A stretch of DNA of 64,000 bases, taken from Marsupella aquatica. Lineage: Eukaryota; Plantae; Marchantiophyta. The notes under the pieces are model-generated. The model worked only from the letters and a program-made list of their open reading frames with translations, was not told the DNA's origin and made no database searches. Where the stretch lies: the NCBI GenBank assembly GCA_973895155.1, contig OZ316895.1, positions 17,216,170 to 17,280,169 on the forward strand, read 5' to 3'. Shown here in pieces: positions 1 to 12,093 of the stretch (position 1 is its first letter; the number at the start of each line of letters is the position of its first letter). The translations under genes and the position numbers were made by a program.

Positions 1-639
1 TACTTTATATTTTATATATTTTTTGAACTATATTGGGGAATGGAGCGAAGCCTTTCAACAATTAAAGTGCTCTGGCCTCTGACAAAATATCTTTAAGACA
101 AAGTTAGGACACGGAAAATCTTTGGACGGAAATGATTATTTAATCATTGACACTATTTTGTATGGACAGAAAAGTTAACACTAGTATTAACTCCTATAAT
201 AGACAATTGTGCCACTTTTTAGAGTGGGTGTCATTCAAAGTTGCAAGGCACAAAAATTAGAAAATCTGACCAAGAGAAGGAATAAACCAAATTGAATTAT
301 ATTTAGTGTGAAGTAAAGAGTGACACTTTTTCTAAGCAAGAAGCAAAGGGGCATGTCAGGGAATGTCAATGCACAATAATCAAGTACTTTATGGACCATT
401 TACGGATGGTACTACTCTCCATGCATATGAATCCCCATGCATAGAAATAGTACTCTCCATGCCTAGGCATTCATATCAAGTACCACATGATGATCTATGT
501 CCTAGGAGGAGTTTAATTGATTACAAATATTGATGGGAAAAGGTTTTCAAGGAATTCAAAAATGAAAAATATGAAAACAAAAATCATTCTTAACTGGTGA
601 TACTCTGTCGTTGTTGTTATTGATTTTTTGCACCCTTTT

Positions 640-1340
640 TGCACAACATTCTTAAGAACATCTTGGGCGACATCACGTTTTTTTTCTTAACAACATTTTG
701 GGTGACACAACATTTTTTTTCTTAAATAACAACATCTATTTTTCTTAATGACATCTTAGATGACATGACATCTTTTTTCTTAGTAACATCTTGGCAACAT
801 GACATCTTTTTTTCTTAACTACATCTTGAGGGACACGACATCTTTTCTCTTCACGACATCTTTTTTCTTCACGATATCTTTTTTCTTCAAGATATCTTTT
901 GTGCAACGCATGGATATTTTCTTCACGGCATCTTTTGTTCTTAACGATTTCTTGGCTGACACGACATCTTTTGTTATCACCAACATCTTGGCTGACACAA
1001 CATCTTCCTTCTCAATGACCTCTTGGCCGACATGACATCTTTTGTTCTCAACTACCTCTTGGCCGACACGACATCTTTTGTTATCACCGGCATCTTGACC
1101 AAGACGACATCTTTTGTTCTCACATCTTGGGCGACACAACATCTTTCTTCTCAACAACGTCTTGGGCAACACGGCATCTTTCTTCTTAACAACGTCTTGG
1201 GCGACACGATATCTTTCTTCTCAACGACCTCTTGGCCGACACAACATCTTTATTCTCAACATCCTCTTGGCTGACACAACCTCTTTTGTTCTCAACGTCA
1301 TCGGGAACAACATCTTGGATGTCACGACATCTTTTATGCA
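640..1340 (+). repeat. Degenerate tandem array of (gac)acgacatctttt..cttaacaacatcttgg units (left arm subrepeats)
   Basis: Recurrent acatcttt/tcttgg motifs; these generate the spurious low-complexity ORFs at 799-1473. Confidence 0.85.
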
Positions 1341-1415
1341 ACGCACGGGTATTGAGCTAGTTCATGCATATTTTTATGTGTTAGCCCAGTCCATCCAAGT
1401 TTCATTTATCCATGG

Positions 1416-1759
1416 TGTTGAGCATAGACGACATTCGCAACGGCAAGCCCATGAACCATCCAACGCACAATAGTCGACACAGAGAGATACGTGGTTCACC
1501 TCCACATGAGGCTACGTCCATGGGAACACACAAGAGCTTTACTGCACTCTAGGCCGATCGGCCATACCAAGCATCCACAGCACAAGCTCTCCCTATCTCT
1601 CAACTAGCTCCGTAACAATGAGCCTAAGTTCCACCAGGGTCTGGCATCAGCCCTGGCTATATGCACAACAACACTACCACTAACCTTAGCTAGGTCCTAA
1701 CCCGAGTTAGCCTAACTGTGGTTAGCACAAGAGTCACAAGACTAGAGCAATATCTAACA
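1416..1759 (-). repeat. 3' LTR of copia element
   Basis: tgttgagcat...tatctaaca, adjacent to PPT (aagggggagtt on minus strand). Confidence 0.97.
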
Positions 1760-1966
1760 AACTCCCCCTTGACTCTTGTCTTGGGGACTGGACTAAATGC
1801 TACCATATGGAATCCTCAGCGGGAAGTTCTAGACAATCACCAAACCAGGTTTCCCCCTAAAAACCACAAGGGTTAACTAAGGGTTAACTAGAACTAAGCC
1901 GTAGCCTAACAGGAATGAGTAATCCATATACAAATAGTCACACATTGCTAAATAACTCTACTTGCA

Positions 1967-4900
1967 CTACAACTGCAAAACCTGCAAAGTAGCACGGTGT
2001 CTTGAGAAACTCTCCAAAGGAATCACTTTGGTAAAGGCATCAGCGGGATTGAGCTTTCCATCAATCTTGACTAGCTCAAAAGTTTTATCAGACACTGCTT
2101 GCCTGATAAAATGGTACCTGATATCAATGTGCTTCACCCTGCTATCCATCACCTGGTTAGCAGCCAAGTGAAGAGCACTCTGACTATCACAGTTTAGAGT
2201 CATTTTTCCATGCTCTAAACCCATCTCCGCGATCAACTTATCCAACCAAATTGCTTCCTTTGCAGCTTCTGCTGCTGCAACATACTCTGCTTCTGTAGTA
2301 GACTGAGATATGCACTTCTGCAAGGTAGATTTCCAACTGATACATCCTCCTCCAAGAGTGTATACAAACCCAGTTGTAGATCTCCTTGTATCTAGACAGC
2401 CTCCATAGTCATAATCTACATAGCCAACTAACGTTCTATTTGATCTGTTATCAAATAGTAATCCGTAGTCCTGTGTTCCCTTCACATACCTGAGAATCCA
2501 TTTCACAGCTTCCCAATGTACCTTCCCTGGATTTGACATGAATCTGCTAACCTTGCCCATCGCTAGGGCCAAGTCAGGCCTAGTACAAGTCATCAAATAC
2601 ATCAGACTGCCTACTGCCTTCTCATAAGGAATCTTAGCCATCAGACCTTTCTCCACAGCATCCGTAGGAGAGAAAGCCGATGATAACTTGAAATGTGAAG
2701 CTAAAGGAATACTCACTGGCTTACAGTTCTCCATGTTGAATTGTGCAAGTACTTTCCTCGCATACTGGCCTTGACTCAAGCACAACTGTCCAGTCTCAGA
2801 GTTCCTAAAAATCTCTATCCCTAAGATCCTCTTGGCCTTACCAAGATCCTTCATCCTGAATTCAGCGCTCAATTTCGCCTTGAGACTGTCAACCTCAGAT
2901 TGATCTTTAGCCACAATTAGCATGTCATCCACATAGATCACCAGAATGATGAAACCAAATACATCATTCTTGACTGATTTCGTATACACACAAGGATCAT
3001 ACACCATCCTTGTAAAACCTTGAGCAAGCATGAAATCATCAAACCGCTTATTCCACTGTCTGGGAGACTGCTTCAATCCATATAAGGATTTGAGCAATCT
3101 GCAAACTAAGTTCTCTTGGCCCTTCTTCATAAAGCCTAGTGGCTGTCTCATGAAGATCATCTCCTTCCAAGTTGCCATAGAGAAAAGCAGTAACAACATC
3201 CATCTGATCCATCACCAGATTAAAAAACACAACAATCTGACACAAGATCCGAATTGTGGAATACTTAGCCACCGGTGAAAAGACCTCATTGTAATCCACT
3301 CCTTTCTCCTGAGTGAACCCCTTGGCAACAAGCCTTGCCTTGTAGATCTTATCTCCACCCTCTGAAGGACTGTCCTTCAACTTGTAAATCCACTTGTTGT
3401 CCACCACTTGTTGACCTCTTGGAAGCTCCACCAGCTCCCATGTCTTGTTGTCACTCAAAGATTGCAACTCCCTCTGCATTGCTGCATTCCACTCATGCTT
3501 CTGCTCTGACGCACAAGCCTCACTATACGAAGAAGGCTCTCCTTCTTCCAAGATCAAAGCCATATCATCTTCATCAGGTGCAATGTCAAAATCATCTAGC
3601 TTAGATGAGTCTGCCCATTGACCATACCTGGTAGGAGCTCTAGTAGAACGACTGGAAGTTCTTCTAGTAGATGACTCAGGCTGATCTGTTGCTGCTGCTG
3701 GTTGAATTTGAGGTACCCCAGCAACAATTTGCTCCTCTTGTTCCATCACAGGAACCAGCTCCAAGCCCGGAGCTTCTCCATCTCTCCTGTCATGAACTGC
3801 ATCATGACTAATCTCCCCCTCAACCCGGTCCGGGATGGGAGATTTCCCCTTGTCAGTATGGGAGTCCTGAGAACTCTCCCCCTCCTTTGATGATCTGGAT
3901 TCATTAAAGGACACATCTCTACTGACAATTAGCTTACAGGTTACTAGATCCCATAACCTATAACCCTTCACACCTTTCTGATAACCAAGGAAAATGCACT
4001 TCTTCGACTTGGACTCCAACTTGGATCGAAGCTGGGAAGGTGTAAGCACATAAGCATCACATCCAAAAATCCTCAGATGTGAGTAATCTGCTGGACGCCC
4101 GTACCTCATTTCAAATGGCGTCTTGAATCCAATAGAACTGGATGGAGAAAAATTTACCAAATAAGCTGCAGTGTTGACAGCTTCAGCCCAAAACTCATGT
4201 GGTAAGCATGATTGACTCAACATACTCCTCGAGCGGTCCAATAGTGTTCGGTTGAGTCTCTCAGAAATACCATTCTGCTGAGGAGTATAACTTGTTGTGA
4301 GATGGCGGGTAATCCCTTGCTCCTTACAATACGTTCCAAATTCACCGAAACTGTATTCACCGTCGTTATCCGATCGAAGATATCTCACCTTATTACCAGT
4401 CTGATTTTCAACTTGGGCTTTCCACTCCTTAAAAGTGGCAAAAACATCAGACTTATTGTGTAGAAAGTATATCCACACATACCTTGAGTAATCGTCTATG
4501 AACGTGACATAGCATAACCGTCCAGAATGTGAGGGAGTAGGGGCTGGACCCCACACATCACTATGTACATACTCAAGTACCTCCTTGCTGGTGTGAGTTC
4601 CAACTCCGAAGGGTTTCCTGTGCTGCTTCCCTAGCACACAGTGCTCACAAAATTCCAACTTACAAGATTGCAAATTAGAAAGTAATCCTTTCTTCTGAAG
4701 AATAACCAAACCTTTTTCACTCATGTGGCCCAAACGGAAGTGCCACAGCCGGGCCGTCTCCTCATGAGATAAGGTTACATTGGCTTCATCACAGACTACA
4801 CTGCCCTCCAAAACATATAGATTGCAATGTCTCTTTCCCTTCAATACAACTTTAGTACCAGTTGAAACTTGAAGGACACCATTAGCAGAACTCCACTGAT

Positions 4901-6242
4901 GGCCATTTGCCTCTAAAACTCCAAGTGAAATGAGATTTTTCATCATGCTGGGAATATGTCTCACATTCCTCAATGTTCTCACAGCACCATCAAACATCTG
5001 AAATCTTACAAATCCAAGTCCAACAACTTGACATGGGATTCCATTTCCCATCAACACTGACCCGTTGGAAACCGTGTAAGAACTGAAATAATCTCTTCTA
5101 GAGCAAATGTGAAAAGTACATGCACTATCTAGAATCCAGTCATCACTACCTGGATTTGACACTACGTTGAGAGCATAACCTTGATATCACAATATGTCAT
5201 CATCATCGAGTAAATCTACCTCATGCGAGCTCGATGCCGCATTAGCAGAGGCAATAGGGACCTTTATTCGACAATCCCTTTTCATGTGGCCTGGCTTGCC
5301 ACAATTCCAACATGCAAGAGGCTTCCTCTCTTGCGATTTTCCTCTGGATTTAGATCTCCCCCGTGATGTAGATCTAAACCTGTTCTGCCCATTCGTGTGC
5401 TGCGTTGCTCTTCCCCTGTTCACATTGAGCGCAGTGCCAGAAGAAGATGCTGTCTATGATTGACCCAGCTTCTTTTGAGCATCATTAGACAGTAAAGAGC
5501 TTACCACCTCATTATACGAAATGGACTTCAGATCTCTGTACAAGAGAACCTGTTTCAAGCCCTGATAAGACGGCGGTAAGGAGCTTAGCAGAAGCAAGGC
5601 CTTATCCTCATCTTCAACTCCTTTTCCCAGGTTTGACAGATCCACCGCAAGACTGTCAAATTCATCCAGGTGATCCTGCATCTTGCTCCCTTCCTTGAGC
5701 CTGAGGCTCATCAAGAGAGACTTCTTGTACAGCCGGTCTGACGCATCTTCCCGGTAGTACTTCTCTCTTAGAGCCTTGAACAGTGACGCGCAATCCGCAT
5801 AATCATCCAGCTGCTTGATGATGTGCGGCTTGAGATAGAGCATCACTGCATTGACAGCAATCACCTGCTCCTGTCTTCATTGCCTCACTGAAATCTCCTC
5901 CTCTCCCTCATACTGCTCTCGCGATGAAAGCAGATGAGCTAAGCCCATGGCCCGTAGAACACCCTTCACTTGCTTCTCCCAGAGCAAGTAATCAATACGA
6001 CCATCGTACTTCTCCACCTCAAACTTCACTCCTCCAAATCTAGCCATCTCCCTCTTCTTCCCTACTACCGACAGCTCTGGTAGTAACACAGCTTCCTCCA
6101 CTGCACGCCGCACTGGTGACCGTATCGGTGTTATAAGTTCCTCCTCAAACGGTAGCAGCTCCTCCTCAGACTCTCCGTCTGACCGTCGCAATCCTGAAGC
6201 TCCACCGACGCCAATTCTTCCAGTATCCTCCGAGTCACTCAT
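1967..6242 (-). pseudogene. Copia gag-pol polyprotein, disrupted by three in-frame stops and one frameshift
   Basis: Motifs: gag KFEVEKYDG, zinc knuckle CWNCGKPGHMKRDC, protease WILDSAC, integrase WHFRLGH..CEHC..HSDVWGP, RT YKARLVAKGF/IYVDDML, RNase H KHIDIRYHFIR. Stops at ~5877, ~5454 and ~5187; frameshift near 3165 (YGNLE|..MIFMRQP). Confidence 0.93.
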
Positions 6243-7736
6243 ATGAAACAATCACGAAAAAACGTCTTTTTTTGAAACTTCTCATAAAACTCAAAACTCA
6301 ACACCGCCGCGTAGCCCACGAAGCTAGGAGTCCAATACTGAAATCCAAAATCAAAATCAAAATTCGACGGAAAAGTTATTCAAATTTCGGTCGGGGTGGG
6401 TAAAACCTTGAGAAACTCCCCCGTTTTGACCACCTTGGAGAATAACCGAAATACCAAGTACAACCTGTCGTCGGAATCGCGATGTGATCGGTGCGCCGCG
6501 TTGCTAATTCCATTGGCAACGTCCTCACCAAAAAAGAACCAAAAAAGTTACCGTGCGGCGGGCGGAATCTTTGTGTGACGGCCGAAAAACAGTTCTCTGA
6601 TTTTCGGGAATATTCCCGCACAGTCCAACAGGGCTCACAGGGGGCCGTTCCCCCTGTTGGAGCGGTTAAAACGGAGGGTCACAGGGCCCGGGATGAGGCA
6701 CAACCAATGAGGAGGAGGAGAGAAAAAAAAGTCAGAAAAACACACTCTAAAGGGGTCTTAAAGCCCCTGGCAAAGGCGCGCGTATTCGCGGCCAGAATCG
6801 CGTATAAACAGCAAAAAACGTAAAAAAACGGGTTTAAAGGGGTCAAAACGCGTATATTTTCGCGTTTTTGGGCCGTATATGGGCGTTTTTGGCCGTATTT
6901 GGGCCCAAAAAAGCATGTTTTCACGCTTAAAGGGGTGTGGGAGGCCGGTGTGCGTGCCGGGGCGTATGGCAAACCTGGTTTGTCGGGTATTGGGGCCGTA
7001 TTGGGGCAAAAAATGCCCTAAACTAACCTTAAAAATGTGCCCAAAATGACACAAAGGCCGTGTTACAAACCTCAGCCGCCTCCGCTTTGGTTTCCAATGA
7101 GAAAAGTGATGACCGCCGACATGAAAATGTTTCCGAATTGCACCGGCACGTCTGAAGCTCCACCAGAGAAAGAACTTCTATTGCGTCGCCTTCACTCCGC
7201 GTCAAGTGCCAATCCCGGACTCAAAACGACCGTCTCGCCACGATCTCTCCGTTGAGCCTTAGCACTTCGCGTTTCTTCCTTCGAGTCAAGCGTCACAACG
7301 AGTAATCCGGTTCAGGGAAAAACAAGCACCATAGCTTGTCAAAAAACCAGAACGCCTCCTTCACTCGTCACGACGCACTCGTTCCGCAAACGTCAGCAAA
7401 CTAGATACCAAAACGACCAGCATGCTCCAACCTTCAACTTGAACTATCACATGCGACGCCCCGCACACCGTACAGCTCACACCGTTGAAGAAACGATCTC
7501 TGGTTTCTCCCCCGAAATACCGTCGAACACGAATAAACCCTGAACGACGCAAACATCAAATCCTCCACACCACGGATACCGATCAACGAGTTCTAACCAC
7601 CGTTAGAAAGCCCTCTCACTAACCTATCCGCACAACCACATACATTTGAGTTTCATGCGATGAAACTCCGAATGTACCATCAATAATGAACGCTGGAAAA
7701 ACCTGTCACGAAAAAACCTCGTCACCTCCCAGGCAT

Positions 7737-7748
7737 GCTCTGATACCA
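7737..7748 (-). promoter_or_regulatory. Primer binding site (tRNA-iMet)
   Basis: Minus strand TGGTATCAGAGC, 2 nt from the LTR end. Confidence 0.95.
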
Positions 7749-7750
7749 CT

Positions 7751-8094
7751 TGTTGAGCATAGACGACATTCGCAACGGCAAGCCCATGAACCATCCAACG
7801 CACAATAGTCGACACAGAGAGATACGTGGTTCACCTCCACATGAGGCTACGTCCATGGGAACACACAAGAGCTTTACTGCACTCTAGGCCGATCGGCCAT
7901 ACCAAGCATCCACAGCACAAGCTCTCCCTATCTCTCAACTAGCTCCGTAACAATGAGCCTAAGTTCCACCAGGGTCTGGCATCAGCCCTGGCTATATGCA
8001 CAACAGCACTACCGCTAACCTTAGCTAGGTCCTAACCCGAGTTAGCCTAACTGTGGTTAGCACAAGAGTCACAAGACTAGAGCAATATCTAACA
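7751..8094 (-). repeat. 5' LTR of copia element
   Basis: Near-identical to 1416-1759; adjacent to the PBS. Confidence 0.97.
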
Positions 8095-8579
8095 AACTCC
8101 CCCTTGACTCTTGTCTTGGGGACTGGACTAAATGCTACCATATGGAATCCTCAACGGGAAGTCCTAACCCGAGTTACCCTAACTGTGGTTAGCACAAGAG
8201 TCACAAGACTAGAGCAATATCTAACACATGGGGGCTTCATGGACAACCTATCAGGCCATCGGGGCTTTACGTTCCTCAATTTGACTTTGAGGTGAACACA
8301 TAATGTTCTTAGGGGGACAATAAATGTAGGTAAACAATTAATGAGAAAGTTTATCATCCATTTGCAGTTGGGTTCTCTCATAATCAAGTGAGAGTCCATG
8401 GGGATAGCTAGGTTTCTATGGCACTCATAAGCATGATCGAGGTTGGATACCTCAGGAGAGAGCAATTTAAGCATTTGCTTCATTGGCTAGCGACCCTTCC
8501 CAAGTGGCAAATACATGTTGTTGACCCAATAGATACTTTATTTTATGGCTTAACTAGCTCAATACCCATGTGTTGCATA

Positions 8580-9060
8580 AAAAGTGTCATGTCACCCAAG
8601 ATGCTGTTAAGAAATAAGGTGTTGTGGCACCCAAGATGTCATTAAGAGCAAAGATGTTGTGTTGCCCAGTTCAAGATCGATGTTGTTATATGAAAGACGT
8701 TGTGAAGTAAAATGATGTCTTTAAGAACAAAAGAAGTCAATTTGCCAAAGATGTTGTATCGCTCAAGATGTTGTCAAGTAATTAATGAACATCTTGGGCC
8801 CCATACATGTGCATTGCACAAAAGATGTTGAGGTGAGAAAATTGTCAAGGTTAGGAAAAGATGTCAAGTTGAAAAAAGATGTTGATGAGAGGAAAAAATG
8901 TTGAGGTGAGGAAATGAAATGGAGGTGAGAAGAAGATGGCAAGGCAAGGAAAAGCTGTTGAGGAGAGATAAACATGTAAAAATTAGAAAAATATGTCAAG
9001 GCGAGTAAAGATTTCAAGGTGAGGCGAGACATATAAGCTTTGCAATGTAGATATTGAGAT
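8580..9060 (-). repeat. Inverted copy of the degenerate aagatgt(t/c) subrepeat array (right arm)
   Basis: Recurrent ccaagatgt/aaagatgttg motifs, the reverse complement of the 640-1340 array. Confidence 0.75.
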
Positions 9061-11364
9061 GTGTTATTTGTGACCCCAACGAGATCCCGATCATACACTT
9101 TTGTGGTCGTGTTCAATAACTCATGCGTTGCACATAGAAATTGGAGATGTGAGATAGCGGCCATCGCATCATAGAGTCCAAGCACATCAAGTGACAGGAA
9201 TTTATTATTATTATTATTTAAAAATTTTTAGAGAGAAAAGTGTTTTCTAGTTTATTCACATTCAAAGTTTTCAAACTTTCCAATTTTTCTTCCCAATTTT
9301 CCAATTTAGATCTACATAAATTTGATTATTTGTTCTTTAAGTTTTTTATTTTGGGCAGGTGCGGGCACGCTAAAGGGCAGCTTGGGCACACATTCATTTT
9401 AGATGGTGAATGGATAGATCTGATGGTGTTAAAAACAATATTTTGATGAAGGGTCCAGATTGGTACGTTTGGACTGCATTTTTATTAGTGTGTAAAGGGA
9501 CAACCCGAGATAGGTATTATATTGGTAAAGAATGATAGAAGGAAGTAGAGGGAGGAAGAGTTTATATGCATGGATGGTTGACAACCACGGCAAAAACAGT
9601 TATTGTCAAAATTTATGAAATTAGTTTTTTTTTATGCCTGCAAATTCAAAAGACAACCACGGCAAAAAAGTTGTTACATATTATTAATATGTTTGATGTT
9701 GTCAAATGTGGTTGTCCCTTTATATATGCCCTACATTGCAAGTGTGCCCCTGGCGGTTATGTTGCCTGCCTTAACACCCGTGCCATGCTCTTCACTATGT
9801 CTTTGGGCCTTATTATTTTTGTTTTTTGGCATTGAAAATGATTACAAATAATTTTCAAAATCACCACAAATATTGGGAGGAACAGTTTTTTTATTGATCT
9901 AGTGACTAAAATATTATTAGGAATTAAACTCCTCTTACCAATATTATACAAAACTATGTTACATATAATATTGAATATGTACAATATTAATTTGCATGTG
10001 AGTATGTACAATAGTTACTTGCATGGATCATGGAGTAATTATCGTCTTTGATCCTCATGCATTGATCCTCGTGCATTATGATAAAGTCTTTCACTTTTTT
10101 GTGGTGTCCAGTGTGATTATTCTTGCTTGTCTTGGACAATAGTGCAATTTTTTGTGAGTCACACTAAACTCAATTCACATTTTGGTTTTATTATTTACAT
10201 TTGACCAACCTTTGACCAGAATTTTTAATGTTTGTACCCTGCAAATTTCAATGACGATCACTCTAAAAAGTGGTGCAACTGTGTATTATAGGAGTTAATT
10301 GTTGCTAAACAGGTGTGAATGGTTCAGAGATACTATTGCAAAGAAATACCTTGAGAAAGGGAATTATTTGCAACAAAAAGCTTGATGCGGGGAGTGGAGG
10401 GATCGAGATCTCACCACTACTAAGATATGGACCAGATACACCTCTGTCCAAACACCTTTTATAGAAGGTGTACTTTGGACATTGTCCCCACCACAGACAC
10501 AAACACATTAGGGACAAAAGTGTCACATTAATGTCCACATCTCACTATGAATAATGTAAAATGTACATATGAGGGACTGCTATTCTCATGGAGAGACAAA
10601 CTTACACCATTAGGCTTCTATGTATTGTTAATTGTACACTGTATTTTGAAAGCATATGTTATGGTGTTTTCGGGACACTTATTATACATGTAGACCAAAA
10701 ATATGATGTACAGTGTACGGTGGATAAGTGCAACATGTATAATTGCATTCCGTGGGTAACTGCAGAGTGGGTAACTGCAGAGTGGTAGTGTAGTCCCTCA
10801 ATAAAATAGCAAATTCCTTTGTAAATTCACCAAAAAATACACAGTGTAAATATAGGTTGCCCGTCACTAAATGACAAATACAAAGGGTTATTTTTTGTCT
10901 ATAAGAGTACAAATGCATTCATCAATGACTGCAACACATATGTTAGAAGCATTTATTGATAGTGCAATAGACACACATGCATTGGAGAAGTGCAACATGC
11001 ACTTATGATGAAGTGCATAAGGTGGATAACTGCAGGCTTGGGGTGTCTTCCCGGGAGCCTGCACTTAGGCACGGTAGACTATACATATACTAGACAAAAA
11101 CTCCTAAAACAAGTTGAATGATGCTAAGGGACACATAGAAAGTGTTTGCGGACTGGATAAGATGATTTTAGGGGACATAAATATGGGGTGTATAAGGACA
11201 AAAATTCATGAATAGACATAAAGTTAAATGACTCAATCAAGGTGCTACTTTGTGGACAATAAATATGGATGTACATGTAGGACAAAAATTCTTGAATGGA
11301 TTGGACACGATGCTAAGGGTCTCATAAAAGGTGTATGTGGACCAGCATATGATATGGATTGATG

Positions 11365-12093
11365 CCCGGTTTCACCTTTGCGTCAAACCATGATACCGTC
11401 ATCCCAGAGTCAGGGTCGGGTCCTGGTGGCAGGGTCGGGCCGGATTTGGGCCGGGTGCTAAAAGTGTTTGGGCCGGGTTTGGGCAGGGTCCGGGCCGGGT
11501 TCAAGTGAATTGTGTTAAGGATTGCTCTTAGTCTTGTGACTAATAGGTTACGGTGTTTAGGCTAACCACAGTTAGGGACTTAGCTGAGGTTAGGTTAATC
11601 GTGTATGACCTTGCATATACCAGGGCTAGTGTAAGCCACTGGTATGTGGTGCTTGCTCATTGTAACGAAGCAACTTGAGGAAGAGAGAGAGCTTGTGTGT
11701 TCGACTACTCTGAAGTAAAGTTGGAGTGTTCATGTGGACGTAGCCTTGGAGAAGAGGTGAACCACGTATGGATTGTGTCGACTATGTGTGCATGGTATGA
11801 GTCATGATTGTATTGTCATGAAGGAAGACGTCATAGCTCAACAGGCTGGGGCGGGGTCCAGGCAGGGTCCAGGCAGGGTCCGGGCCGGGTTTGGTTGGGC
11901 CGGGGTTGGGTCCAGGGAAGTCCGGGCCGAGTTTGGGTGGGTCGGGGCTGGGGTTCAGGCTGGGTCGAGCCGGGGTCCGGGGGAGTCCGGGGGAATCAGA
12001 CAAAATATGCGTCAAATTTCATGTTTTTTGGCTGTCATTTGACGGTTTTACATGCTCGGCAAGCCATCAACTTGCCCATCAGGTTAAATCGAG
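11365..12093. mobile_element. Small non-autonomous TIR element with GC-rich (gggccgg/cagggtcc) subrepeats, containing a solo LTR
   Basis: Imperfect 13-bp TIRs cccggtttcacct / aggttaaatcgag. Candidate 8-bp TSD gattgatg (11357-11364) vs gatttatg (12094-12101). Confidence 0.5.
11513..11843 (+). mobile_element. Solo LTR related to the copia LTR (diverged subfamily)
   Basis: tgttaaggattgctcttagtcttgtgact...gtggacgtagcct..gaggtgaaccacgta..gtgtcgactat...gctcaaca aligns to the reverse complement of 1416-1759. No clean TSD. Confidence 0.88.

Larger units (their letters stand above)
1416..8226 (-). mobile_element. Ty1/copia LTR retrotransposon (Tork/Tnt1-like), full length, coding-defective
   Basis: 344-bp TG...CA LTRs at 1416-1759 and 7751-8094 with 2 mismatches. 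5-bp TSD CATGG at 1411-1415 and 8227-8231. tRNA-iMet PBS at 7737-7748 and PPT at 1760-1770. Domain order gag-PR-INT-RT-RH. Confidence 0.97.
186..10299. mobile_element. Foldback-like element: long imperfect inverted arms (~186-1362 and ~8552-10299) with internal degenerate tandem subrepeats, interrupted by the copia element
   Basis: attaactcctataatagacaattgtgccactttttagagtg (186) is the near reverse complement of ~10260-10299. catcttggatgtcacgacatcttttatgcaacgcacgggtattgagctagtt (1311-1362) is the near reverse complement of ~8552-8602. gaggagtttaatt is also shared in inverse. No TSD or exact termini identified. Confidence 0.65.

Noticed and set aside
799-1473. Overlapping T/S/F-rich and K/D/V-rich ORFs
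   Set aside because: By-products of the degenerate tandem subrepeat array.
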